Assembly: GCA_947625505.1 (NCBI GenBank)
Contig: CANQON010000003.1
Coordinates: forward strand, 35,571 to 99,570
Origin: an uncultured Bacilli bacterium
GTDB lineage: Bacteria > Bacillota_I > Bacilli_A > RF39 > UBA660
Direction: 5' to 3'
DNA length: 64,000 bases
The translations under genes were made by a program, and so were the position numbers. The notes beneath the pieces are model-generated. The model was not told the DNA's origin. It did no database searches and saw only the letters and a program-made list of their open reading frames with translations. This document shows, one piece after another, positions 38,087-46,914 of this stretch (positions are counted from its first letter, which is position 1; each line of letters opens with the position of its first letter).

Positions 38087-38500
38087 ATGAAAGAATCTTT
38101 TTGGGCAGTAATGATTGTAACATTGGGAATTATGTCAATATTTTTGGTTTATTACTTTCAAACAGTCACAAATACTAGTGAACATAACTATGAGCTTTTG
38201 AAAGAGACAACCGAAGCTGCAATGTTTGACGCTTTAGATTTAGCTGCTTATCGTAATGATGAAACAATCCGTATAGATCAAGAAAAATTTGTTGCAAGTT
38301 TCATTAGAAGATTTGCACAAGATGCTACTTTAGCTCATGCATATGATATTAGCATATATGATGTACATGAAGAACCCCCTAAGGTAAGTATTAAAATAGA
38401 TACATTTAATAACTTAGCTAGATTTGCTTGGGGTAGTGAAGAAACAAAATTCTTATTGTCTAATAGAATTGATGCAATACTAGAAACAAAATATGATTAG
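38087..38500 (+). CDS. TadE-like / minor-pilin-like protein (N-terminal MKES + TM)
   Basis: The N-terminus MKESFWAVMIVTLGIMSIFLVYYF shares the M[KR]ES[IF]-then-TM pattern with 43063.. and 43583... RBS AGGAGGTG. Confidence 0.4.
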   Translation: MKESFWAVMIVTLGIMSIFLVYYFQTVTNTSEHNYELLKETTEAAMFDALDLAAYRNDETIRIDQEKFVASFIRRFAQDATLAHAYDISIYDVHEEPPKVSIKIDTFNNLARFAWGSEETKFLLSNRIDAILETKYD

Positions 38501-38529
38501 TAAAAAATGTTTAGAGAGGGGAATATTAT

Positions 38530-39405
38530 ATGAATAATTTAGCAATTTCATTAAAAAAGTTTTTTACGAATAAAAATACTGTAACAATTATTGGTGTTGT
38601 TGCAATCTTAGTTATTTTGTATTTCTTATATACAAGTACTGTAAATAATGCAACAGAAAAAGTTCAAGTTCCTGTTGCAGCCAATACAATTAACCCACAA
38701 ACTCAAATTACAGCAGAAGACGTTACATATGTTGAAGTAGCTAATGCTGCTAAACCAGATGACGTAATTATGAATGATAGTGAGATTATTGGTAAATATA
38801 CTGGTGTTGGTATGACTGTTCCACAAGGTAGTATGTTTTATGCAGGTGTTGTTGTTGAAAAAGAAGATTTACCTGGTAGTTGGTTAAAATTACTAGAGAA
38901 AGATGCTTTAGGTAATTTACAAAAACCTTATTACTTCCCAGTTAATGTAACAACAACATTTGGTAACTCAATTCAACCTGGTGATTATGTTGACTTCTAC
39001 GTAAAAACATATAATGAACAAGATGTATTAATGTTTGGTAGAATGATTGAAAACGTAAAAGTTTTAGCAGTAACTGACTCTGATGGACAAAATGTATTTA
39101 GAAGCCAAGGAGATATTGGTGATCCTGCCTTCCTAGATATTGGTTTATCTGATGAACTTCATGATGTATTTAGAAAATCAGAAAATATAAATGAAGTTGA
39201 AATTGAATTAATTGTTGTACCACATGGTGGTGCTGTACCTGAAACTGACCTAGAAGTTAATGTGTCAAGTGAGTATTTAAGAGATTTCATTGTCGCACAT
39301 TCAGCAGAAATTCCTAAAAATGCTGAAGCAGAGGATGCAACTACACCAGAAGGTGGAGCTACAACTCCAGCTACAACAACTCCAGCAACTACTCCTGCTA
39401 ACTAA
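38530..39405 (+). CDS. CpaB/RcpC-like Flp pilus assembly protein (TM + SAF domain)
   Basis: N-terminal TM (VTIIGVVAILVILYFLY). SAF-like region VPVAANTINPQTQITAEDVTYVEV...IIGKYTGVGMTVPQGSMF. RcpC-like region GDYVDFYV...VKVLAVTD. Thr/Pro tail. Confidence 0.6.
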   Translation: MNNLAISLKKFFTNKNTVTIIGVVAILVILYFLYTSTVNNATEKVQVPVAANTINPQTQITAEDVTYVEVANAAKPDDVIMNDSEIIGKYTGVGMTVPQGSMFYAGVVVEKEDLPGSWLKLLEKDALGNLQKPYYFPVNVTTTFGNSIQPGDYVDFYVKTYNEQDVLMFGRMIENVKVLAVTDSDGQNVFRSQGDIGDPAFLDIGLSDELHDVFRKSENINEVEIELIVVPHGGAVPETDLEVNVSSEYLRDFIVAHSAEIPKNAEAEDATTPEGGATTPATTTPATTPAN

Positions 39406-39432
39406 TATAAAATAGATAAAAAGGGATAATTT

Positions 39433-40842
39433 ATGGATAATAACATATTTGAACAGATGGACTTTGGTCCACTACAACAATTTTTGGATAACGATGATGT
39501 TACCGATATTTCATATAGTAATGGTGGACAAATTTGGTTAAAAACTTTATCTCATGGTATTTTTAGAATTGAAAATCCTGATATAAACAATAGTTTCATG
39601 GAAAAGTTAGCTTTTCAATGTTCAAATGTTGTAGGTCATAGTTTCAATGCTGCTCATCCATTCCTCGATAGTGAGGATGCTGAGTTACGTATGAATTTTA
39701 TTCATGAGTCAATAGCTCGAAATGGTATAGCTTGTGTTATACGTAAAACACCTGCTAAGATACGTTTAGAGAAAGATAAAATAATTGCAGATAAGTATAT
39801 TACAGAGGATATCCATGATTTATTAATTCATTGTGTTCATGGACATTGTAATATCATTGTATGTGGAGAAACTGGTTCAGGTAAAACTGAGTTCGTTAAA
39901 TATTTAGCTTCCCATACAAGAGAAAATGAAAAATTAATAACAATAGAGGATACACTTGAACTTCACTTGGATCGTATTTATCCACATCGTGATATCGTTG
40001 CTATGAAAACTAATAACGTTGCTAGTTATTCTGACGTATTAGTTTCCTGCATGAGACAGAATCCAAAGTGGATATTACTTTCCGAGGTTCGTAGTGCTGA
40101 AGCTGTTACAGCAGCTCGTAACTCTATTTCTTCAGGACACTACATTTTGTCAACAATCCATGCTGATAAAGCATCATCTATACCTAACCGTATGTATAGT
40201 TTGATGGAAACAAGCCAAGATGTAGATCAGTTCTTGAAAACCATTTATCGATATATACAAATAGGAGTCTATATAAGAGGTTACCAAAGTAAGAAAACAC
40301 AACATTTTGTTCGTGAAATAGCTGAGGTTTGTGAATTTTATGTAGATGAAAATAATAATTGTAAAGAAAATATAATATATCGTAAAACACCTGATGGTAA
40401 GATTATTAAGCATCAACCTAGTCAACATTTAATTGATTATCTTGAAGCTCAAGGAGTATTATTACCAAAGGGATTAATTAAGGATGAAGAGATTGATACT
40501 GGCGAAGCATCAATTGATGTTGATACTGTTGATTCACCTGGTGGTATGAAAATAGAGGATTTTAATGAGGGAAAAGCTATGGACAAAGTTCCATCGAATG
40601 ATGAAAAAAGCAATGTAGTTAAACCTCCTGTGAATCCTTTGCCAACAACAAATAGTCAACCTACACCATCAATGAATGTAAGACAAATGCCTGTAGGAAA
40701 TACTAATATACCTAATAATGTTGGTTATAATCCTATGATGCAACCTAATACACAACAATATCAAGGCAATAGATTTATTAATCAATCTATGCCTAACGTA
40801 CGTGTAACACCTATGCCAGATCAAAATAACACAACTTCTTAG
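39433..40842 (+). CDS. CpaF/TadA-family secretion ATPase (VirB11 superfamily) with ~115-aa N/P/Q-rich C-terminal extension
   Basis: Walker A CGETGSGKTEF, ITIEDTLEL (Asp box), NPKWILLSEVR (Walker B region), LSTIHA (His box). Confidence 0.85.
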   Translation: MDNNIFEQMDFGPLQQFLDNDDVTDISYSNGGQIWLKTLSHGIFRIENPDINNSFMEKLAFQCSNVVGHSFNAAHPFLDSEDAELRMNFIHESIARNGIACVIRKTPAKIRLEKDKIIADKYITEDIHDLLIHCVHGHCNIIVCGETGSGKTEFVKYLASHTRENEKLITIEDTLELHLDRIYPHRDIVAMKTNNVASYSDVLVSCMRQNPKWILLSEVRSAEAVTAARNSISSGHYILSTIHADKASSIPNRMYSLMETSQDVDQFLKTIYRYIQIGVYIRGYQSKKTQHFVREIAEVCEFYVDENNNCKENIIYRKTPDGKIIKHQPSQHLIDYLEAQGVLLPKGLIKDEEIDTGEASIDVDTVDSPGGMKIEDFNEGKAMDKVPSNDEKSNVVKPPVNPLPTTNSQPTPSMNVRQMPVGNTNIPNNVGYNPMMQPNTQQYQGNRFINQSMPNVRVTPMPDQNNTTS

Positions 40843-40868
40843 TTGTTAGATATAGGAGGTGGAAATAT

Positions 40869-41774
40869 ATGTCTACTATACTTGTATTCGTAATAATAGC
40901 GGCAATTATGATATTCGTTATTATTTATCGTAATGCTAGTGGTGAAAATTTATATAAATATGTTGCTGAAAATACAACGTTCATTTATGATAAATTTGCA
41001 CCTTATACTTACAAATCTATTAGAGAAAAAGTTAAAGATTTAGGGCAAGATTATACAATTCACCAATATATAATGCAAGCTGTTGGGTTTGCCATTGGTG
41101 CAGCTGTAATATCTTACTTATATTTCTATAGTTTAATTATTTCGATAATATATGCCGTAGCAGCAGTATCTGTTATTCCTTATTTAAATTATTTACGTTG
41201 TAAAAGATTATATAGTGAATTTATTTTTGAACAAATTCAAGTCTATACATCTAATACAATAATGGAATTTGCTACTACGCAATCTTTTGTTAAATCACTT
41301 GAAGGTGTATATAATTCAGGTGTCTTAGAAGATCCTGTTAAAACAGATGTTAAAGTAATGATTGATATGGCTTATGAAAATGGTACAATTGATCAATCAT
41401 TAAGCTTTATGAGTACTAAATATGATTTCTATATGGTTAAGAATATGCATCAATTATTCTTACAAATCACTAATGAAGGTGCTAAGGATACAGCAGAATC
41501 TCTTGAAAATATGTCACAAGATATCGATAACCTTGTTGAAAATGTATATCGTGATAGACTTGATAGAGCTGCTTTCCATAAGAAGTTCTTACAATTTGGT
41601 ATAATCTTATACTTTATGTGTATGTTACTTCAATTTATGTTAGGTGCTGAAAAGTACGAAAATCTATTAGAGTTATGGTATGTAAAATTATTAATTCATA
41701 TAATTTTAATAGTTAATTCTTACTTCTTATTAAAGGGTGAGAAATATTATAATGAGAATGTAGGTGCTGAATAA
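40869..41774 (+). CDS. TadB-like (T2SS-F family) inner-membrane platform protein
   Basis: Topology is TM, TM pair, ~140-aa cytoplasmic helical domain, then 2 TM. Position is directly after the CpaF-type ATPase. Confidence 0.6.
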   Translation: MSTILVFVIIAAIMIFVIIYRNASGENLYKYVAENTTFIYDKFAPYTYKSIREKVKDLGQDYTIHQYIMQAVGFAIGAAVISYLYFYSLIISIIYAVAAVSVIPYLNYLRCKRLYSEFIFEQIQVYTSNTIMEFATTQSFVKSLEGVYNSGVLEDPVKTDVKVMIDMAYENGTIDQSLSFMSTKYDFYMVKNMHQLFLQITNEGAKDTAESLENMSQDIDNLVENVYRDRLDRAAFHKKFLQFGIILYFMCMLLQFMLGAEKYENLLELWYVKLLIHIILIVNSYFLLKGEKYYNENVGAE

Positions 41775-42559
41775 TGTGGTTTATAGTTATAGGTATAATA
41801 ATTGTCTTTATTTTGAATTATAACCGTGTTGTTGACACTAAAAAATTCATTAGTGATTCAGGAGGAGTTTTATCACATTTAGTTGAGGATGATTATGAAT
41901 TCTTACTATCTGTTAAATATCCTGGACGTAACTTAGATACAGGAGCATTATTTCAAAGAAGATTAAGAGATGGAATTATAGCTATTTTAGTTGGATTCTT
42001 TATCTTTATGAATCAAATGAATTTAATGTATGCTGTAATAGCTGTTGTTCTTGGCTATTTTGTATTTAAAGCTCCATATATGAACTTAAAAAGTTATTAT
42101 AAGGCTAACTTACATCATATTGATACAATGTTACCTTATTACTTAAAAAGCTTGGAAATATTAGTACAACACTATACAGTTCCTGTTGCTTTAAGCCGTA
42201 GTATTGATACAGCTCCAGAAGTATTTAGACCTGGACTTAGAAGACTAGTTGCTCGTATTGATAGTGGTGACTCATCTATTCAACCATATATCGATTTTGC
42301 TAATGAGTATCCTGTACGTGATTCAATGCGTATGATGCGTTTACTATATCGTTTAGGTTTAGGAAGTCAACAAAATAAACACGAGCAAGTAATGATGTTC
42401 TCTCGTACAGTTTCATCATTACAACAAAAAGCACGTGAACAAAAGTATAAAGAGCGTCTTGAAAAGATGGAAAATCAAACTTTAATCATGCTTGTCTTTA
42501 CAGGATGTGGTTGTATGGCTTTGATGTTCTTATCAATGATGCAATTAATGCAATTTTAA
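41774..42559 (+). CDS. TadC-like (T2SS-F family) platform protein
   Basis: TAATG overlap with the tadB-like gene. Same TM / cytoplasmic domain / TM layout. Confidence 0.55.
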   Translation: MWFIVIGIIIVFILNYNRVVDTKKFISDSGGVLSHLVEDDYEFLLSVKYPGRNLDTGALFQRRLRDGIIAILVGFFIFMNQMNLMYAVIAVVLGYFVFKAPYMNLKSYYKANLHHIDTMLPYYLKSLEILVQHYTVPVALSRSIDTAPEVFRPGLRRLVARIDSGDSSIQPYIDFANEYPVRDSMRMMRLLYRLGLGSQQNKHEQVMMFSRTVSSLQQKAREQKYKERLEKMENQTLIMLVFTGCGCMALMFLSMMQLMQF

Positions 42560-42567
42560 TAAAAAAG

Positions 42568-42597
42568 TTGAAAAATATGTAAATATTATGATATAAT
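42568..42597 (+). promoter_or_regulatory. Strong promoter TTGAAA-18-(TGa)TATAAT for the Flp-like pilin gene
   Basis: -35 at 42568..42573. Extended -10 TGATATAAT ends at 42597. RBS AAAGGTGGTGAGG and then the ATG at 42627. Confidence 0.7.
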
Positions 42598-42626
42598 CAG
42601 TTTATAAGGTAAAGGTGGTGAGGTAA

Positions 42627-42911
42627 ATGAAAGAAGCTGCTGGAGAAGCAAACTTAACTGTTGTTGCAATTATCTTAATTGCTGTAGTTGTTGCAGTTGC
42701 TACGCCATTAGTTAATAGTTTAATGTCAAACAGTGCTAAGAGATCATGTTGTACTGATGCTGGTGGTGTATGGCAAGGAGGATGTAAATATCCTAAAGGT
42801 GGAAATACTAATAATAATACAGGTATTAGTAATGGATACAAACAATGTTGTACTTCTGCTAATGTTAATAATGCAAACACTGCATGTGGTATGCAAGGAA
42901 CACAATCATAA
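42627..42911 (+). CDS. Atypical Flp-like pilin with Cys-rich C-terminal domain (94 aa)
   Basis: Short polar leader MKEAAG, then the hydrophobic helix EANLTVVAIILIAVVVAVATPLV, then a 6-Cys tail (CC..C..CC..C). It has its own promoter and terminator and occupies the usual flp position after tadC. Confidence 0.55.
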   Translation: MKEAAGEANLTVVAIILIAVVVAVATPLVNSLMSNSAKRSCCTDAGGVWQGGCKYPKGGNTNNNTGISNGYKQCCTSANVNNANTACGMQGTQS

Positions 42912-42921
42912 TTTAAAAATT

Positions 42922-42948
42922 AAACCTTTGATTTCAAAGGTTTTTTTG
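42922..42948 (+). terminator. Intrinsic terminator after the pilin gene
   Basis: AAACCTTTGA-TT-TCAAAGGTTT followed by TTTTGTG. Confidence 0.75.
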
Positions 42949-43062
42949 TGTAAAAGAATAAATATTAGTTACATACAATTAACATTTAATTATTGCTTAT
43001 TATTTTATTTAATGTTATAATAAATACGTATAAATAGGTAAGAATAAAATGGAGGAATACTC

Positions 43063-43569
43063 ATGAGAGAAAGTATAGGAACAGTTTCACTTTTAAATTT
43101 TATTATATTTTTTATTCTATTAGTATTCGCTTTTCTTGCTGGATCTCTAAGCTATTATAAAGCGTATCGTGTAAATAATGCTATTGTATCCTCAATTGAA
43201 AAGTTTGAAGGATTTAATCCTATGTCATATGAAGATATGGAACAAAAATTAGTAGATTTTGGTTATGAACGTGTTGATTTTAGCTGTCCTGTTGATTATA
43301 AAAATTCACATGGTGAAGTTGCATACCTAGTTGATAATACTGGTGCACGTGTTACAAATTCATCTAATTATAATTATGGCTATTGCATTTATCGTTATGA
43401 AAATGATACTATTTATAAGGGGTATAATACTAGTACCTTAGCAACTACTGATAAATATGATTCATACGAAGTTATGACATTAATTAAATTTGATTTCCCT
43501 GTAATAGGAAGTATACTTCGATTAAGAGTTTCTTCTAGAACAGGACGTATATTCTATTTTTCAGATTAG
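43063..43569 (+). CDS. TadE/TadF-like minor pilin-like protein
   Basis: N-terminus MRESIGTVSLLNFIIFFILLVFAFLAG. Position after flp as in tadZABC-flp-tadEF loci. Confidence 0.45.
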   Translation: MRESIGTVSLLNFIIFFILLVFAFLAGSLSYYKAYRVNNAIVSSIEKFEGFNPMSYEDMEQKLVDFGYERVDFSCPVDYKNSHGEVAYLVDNTGARVTNSSNYNYGYCIYRYENDTIYKGYNTSTLATTDKYDSYEVMTLIKFDFPVIGSILRLRVSSRTGRIFYFSD

Positions 43570-43582
43570 ATGAGGTGAAGTC

Positions 43583-44044
43583 ATGAAAGAATCGATTGCA
43601 CAAGCATTTATCTTAAATTTAATATTATTTTTCTTTGTTATATTAGTTTTACTTTTATTTGGATCAATTAATTATTCAAAAGCTTATAAAGCTAAAAATA
43701 GAATAATTACAATTATTGAAAAATATGGTACTTTTAATAGTAATGCACAAGATGAGATTGAAGAAAATTTAGCTAGAGCAGGTTATCAAACAACAACAAA
43801 TAATCAAGGCTGTTATGATATTGCTTCTAAAGAAAGTAATGGACATGTAGTTTTTCCAACAACAAGTAGTAATGCAGTTCGTCAATATCATTATTGTGTT
43901 ATTGAACATGATGGTACTATTGAAAATTCTAAATATTATCAAGTCGTAACATATATGGAGTTTGATATTCCTATAATTGGAGGATTATTAGAATTCCCAG
44001 TTAGAGGAGAAACAAAGGTTTTATATAATAATTTAGGCAATTAA
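43583..44044 (+). CDS. TadE/TadF-like minor pilin-like protein
   Basis: N-terminus MKESIAQAFILNLILFFFVILVLLLFG. The C-terminal block (F/M)(D/E)FP(V/I)IG resembles the previous gene. Confidence 0.45.
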   Translation: MKESIAQAFILNLILFFFVILVLLLFGSINYSKAYKAKNRIITIIEKYGTFNSNAQDEIEENLARAGYQTTTNNQGCYDIASKESNGHVVFPTTSSNAVRQYHYCVIEHDGTIENSKYYQVVTYMEFDIPIIGGLLEFPVRGETKVLYNNLGN

Positions 44045-44060
44045 TAAGAAGGGTGATAAA

Positions 44061-45041
44061 ATGAATGTTATTGTTTCTAATAAATATCAATTAATGCTAG
44101 AGAATTTAGGAATTGATGTTATAAAGAATTTAAATGGTGAGTATGATGTTGATGAAATTATTAGTACATTTCAAAATTTCTTCTATCAAAGAATGATCTT
44201 AGATATTACAGCAATTAGAAACTATAAAGATATCAGAAATTTACAAAAACTATCAATTTCCCTTGATATGGATAAGGTAATACTATTATTGGATGATTCC
44301 CCTGAAAGTTCATCACCTGCATATCTTTCTAAATTAATTTCTATGGGAATATATAATTTCACAAGAAATTTGGAGGGAATTCAATACTTATATAATCATC
44401 CAAATTCATATCGTGATGTTGCACAATTTCATCAAATTGATGATGTTGTTGTTGTTCAACAACCTAATTCTCAACCACAACAACCAGTATATGTTGAACA
44501 ATACTCTGGTGGAGGACAACATAGCCGTATTATTGGTGTTAAAAATGTAACTAAAAGTGCAGGCGCTACAACATTAATTTATATGATGTATAATGAGTTA
44601 GCACGTAATTATAATGTTACAGCTATTGAGGTTGATAAAACAGACTTTGCATATTTAAAAGATAATACATTAGTATCTGCCATAAGTGGTACAATAATGC
44701 AAGAAGTAAGTCGTTTTACAACTAGTGATGTTATTTTAATAGATGTAAATAATAGTGTTCAAGCTGAATCTTTATGTAATGAAATTATATATTTGATTGA
44801 GCCTACAACTATAAAATTAAATAAACTTATGATGGTTACGCCACAGGTTCTTAAAACAATAAAGGATAAAAAGGTTATATTAAATCAAAGCTTACTAAGC
44901 TCTAAAGATGTTTTGGATTTTGAATATGAATCTAGATTAAAAATATTCTATAATATGCCACCTTTAGATGAACGTGAAACAAGAAATAAAATGTTGAATG
45001 ATTTCTTAGTTCGCTTAGGGTTTGATTTACAAGCAAAATAA
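44061..45041 (+). CDS. TadZ/CpaE-like protein (pseudo-receiver N-domain + degenerate MinD/ParA ATPase domain)
   Basis: The N-terminal ~110 aa are receiver-like, followed by a Gln/Pro linker. The P-loop position reads GVKNVTKSAGATT, compared with KGGVGKTT, so the GK[ST] lysine is lost. Confidence 0.5.
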   Translation: MNVIVSNKYQLMLENLGIDVIKNLNGEYDVDEIISTFQNFFYQRMILDITAIRNYKDIRNLQKLSISLDMDKVILLLDDSPESSSPAYLSKLISMGIYNFTRNLEGIQYLYNHPNSYRDVAQFHQIDDVVVVQQPNSQPQQPVYVEQYSGGGQHSRIIGVKNVTKSAGATTLIYMMYNELARNYNVTAIEVDKTDFAYLKDNTLVSAISGTIMQEVSRFTTSDVILIDVNNSVQAESLCNEIIYLIEPTTIKLNKLMMVTPQVLKTIKDKKVILNQSLLSSKDVLDFEYESRLKIFYNMPPLDERETRNKMLNDFLVRLGFDLQAK

Positions 45042-45068
45042 TTAATATAATCGTATGAGGTGATAATT

Positions 45069-46367
45069 ATGAGTAAGAGATTAATGAAAACTATTGTTCT
45101 AATAGTTTTTGTCGTATTTTTTGGCATGAAGAATGTTCATGCTGGAGTATTTAAGACATGCTTATACACTAGTGGAAGCAAAAGTGTATCTATGACTATC
45201 AATGATTCCTTTAAAAATGCTAAGGTTAGTGAAAGTAGCTTTGGTGATTTCAAAGGCGTTGTAAACTGGGAAAAGTATATAAAAAATGCTACTGGAAAAG
45301 AATTTGGACAAGTAGCTACTTTTTTAGGACAAAAGTTTTTTTTAGATAATGGTAAGAAGTGTCCACCAATAGCTATTGCTGTTCAATATACCGCAAATAG
45401 ATATTTATATTTATCGGATAACAATAGTAAGCAATCCATTCTTAGTGATGCTGAAAAAATGCGAGGTAGTGTATTTGGTTGGAAACCTGGTACTTATGAG
45501 GTTACTGAAATGTCATTAGCTCAAGAAATACAAGGTGACGATTATTATGATGATGGAAGTAATGATAATTCAAATAGTCAAGTAACTGCAAAAACGTGTA
45601 AATGTTCCGGTAAGTCAAATGGAGTTAGAGTATCTGTAAAATTTAAGGTAACACCAAATTTAGTAGAACCACGTCCTACCATTGTATGGAATGGTAATAA
45701 TAATGATGAAAATATATCAAATTGGTCTAATCCATTAGAAAGTTCAACATATACTTATTTACAACATTTAGCAAAAAGCGATTCATGCCCAGATTATGCA
45801 ATAGTTGGACATGATGTACAGTATAAACTTGCAGTAAGTGATTCAGCAAATAAAAGCTCTGTGGAACAAGGAATGCATGACAGAGGGTATTCAAACGTAT
45901 ATACCGTTGCTTGTGAACAGCAAACACAAAGCGAAGAGTCAGAGCCTGAAAAGCCTACTACTCCTTCAAATCCTGAATATGTTGACCCAGGGGTTGAGCC
46001 TGGAGTAATTGGAAATTTACATACTTCTATAGATACATATAGTTGTGGAGATAATTTTATTACTGGTATACCATCAAAGTTAATATCTACTACAAGATTT
46101 ATATATAATTTTATTCAAGTGTTAGTACCTGTAGTATTGGTTATCTTGGGAATTTTAGATTTAGTAAAAGCAATTGCAGGTCAAAAAGAGGATGAAATTA
46201 AGAAGGGACAACAAATTTTTATAAAAAGAGTTATTGCAGCTATTGTTGTATTCTTTGTATTTGCTATCGTAAAATTAGCTATCAGCCTTATAAATGTTGG
46301 TTCTCAACCAATTATTGAATGTGTAGAATGCTTCTTATCATCTGATAGTTCTTGTATATTGGAGTGA
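45069..46367 (+). CDS. Family member A: secreted variable domain + Pro-rich linker + conserved C-terminal TM-hairpin (VirB2/TrbC-like) module
   Basis: Signal peptide ends NVHA/G. C-terminal module: VPVVLVILGILDLVKAIAGQKEDEIKKGQQIFIKRVIAAIVVFFVFAIVK...CVECF. Start is taken at the ATG at 45069 (RBS GAGGTG). Confidence 0.65.
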   Translation: MSKRLMKTIVLIVFVVFFGMKNVHAGVFKTCLYTSGSKSVSMTINDSFKNAKVSESSFGDFKGVVNWEKYIKNATGKEFGQVATFLGQKFFLDNGKKCPPIAIAVQYTANRYLYLSDNNSKQSILSDAEKMRGSVFGWKPGTYEVTEMSLAQEIQGDDYYDDGSNDNSNSQVTAKTCKCSGKSNGVRVSVKFKVTPNLVEPRPTIVWNGNNNDENISNWSNPLESSTYTYLQHLAKSDSCPDYAIVGHDVQYKLAVSDSANKSSVEQGMHDRGYSNVYTVACEQQTQSEESEPEKPTTPSNPEYVDPGVEPGVIGNLHTSIDTYSCGDNFITGIPSKLISTTRFIYNFIQVLVPVVLVILGILDLVKAIAGQKEDEIKKGQQIFIKRVIAAIVVFFVFAIVKLAISLINVGSQPIIECVECFLSSDSSCILE

Positions 46368-46371
46368 TAAT

Positions 46372-46896
46372 ATGAAAAAATTTATTATATTATTATTGTT
46401 TGGAATACTTTGTTATTCAGTATGCTTTACTAATGTTTATGCACGACCTGTAAGTCAAGTTGAGATTAATGATGGTGGTGGAGGAGAAACATCTACTACA
46501 CCTGAAAAAAAATCTAATGCTGATTTTATGTCAAGACAAGGATATGTTAGCTGTGGAGGAGATCAACCATTGATTAATAAAATCCCTTCTATTATTCCAA
46601 AGATAGCATCTAATATTTTACGTATAGTCATGGTTGCTGTACCTGTAATACTTGTATTGCTTGGAATGATTGATTTAGTAAAAGGCTTAATGTCTCAAAA
46701 AGAAGACGAAATTAAAAAAGGAAGAGAATCTTTGACTAAACGTACAATAATGGGAATAGTTGTTTTCTTAATAGTATTAATAGTAAAAGTATTTGTAAAT
46801 TTTTTAGGCGGAGCAGATTCAGCTAGAATTGCTTCTTGTATTGATTGCTTTGTTAATAATGAATGTGGTACGTATGTTGCAACCACAACTTCATAG
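46372..46896 (+). CDS. Family member B: short variable domain + conserved TM-hairpin module
   Basis: Signal peptide ends NVYA/R. Module: VPVILVLLGMIDLVKGLMSQKEDEIKKGRESLTKRTIMGIVVFLIVLIVK...CIDCF. Confidence 0.65.
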   Translation: MKKFIILLLFGILCYSVCFTNVYARPVSQVEINDGGGGETSTTPEKKSNADFMSRQGYVSCGGDQPLINKIPSIIPKIASNILRIVMVAVPVILVLLGMIDLVKGLMSQKEDEIKKGRESLTKRTIMGIVVFLIVLIVKVFVNFLGGADSARIASCIDCFVNNECGTYVATTTS

Positions 46897-46914
46897 TTAA
46901 AAGGAGATATAGTA

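Noticed and set aside
42602-43020. ORFs 42602..42880(-) and 42733..43020(+) overlapping the Flp-like pilin gene.
   Set aside because: The frame at 42627..42911 has the promoter, the RBS, a pilin-like hydrophobic helix and a terminator. The alternatives run through the terminator or lack start signals.
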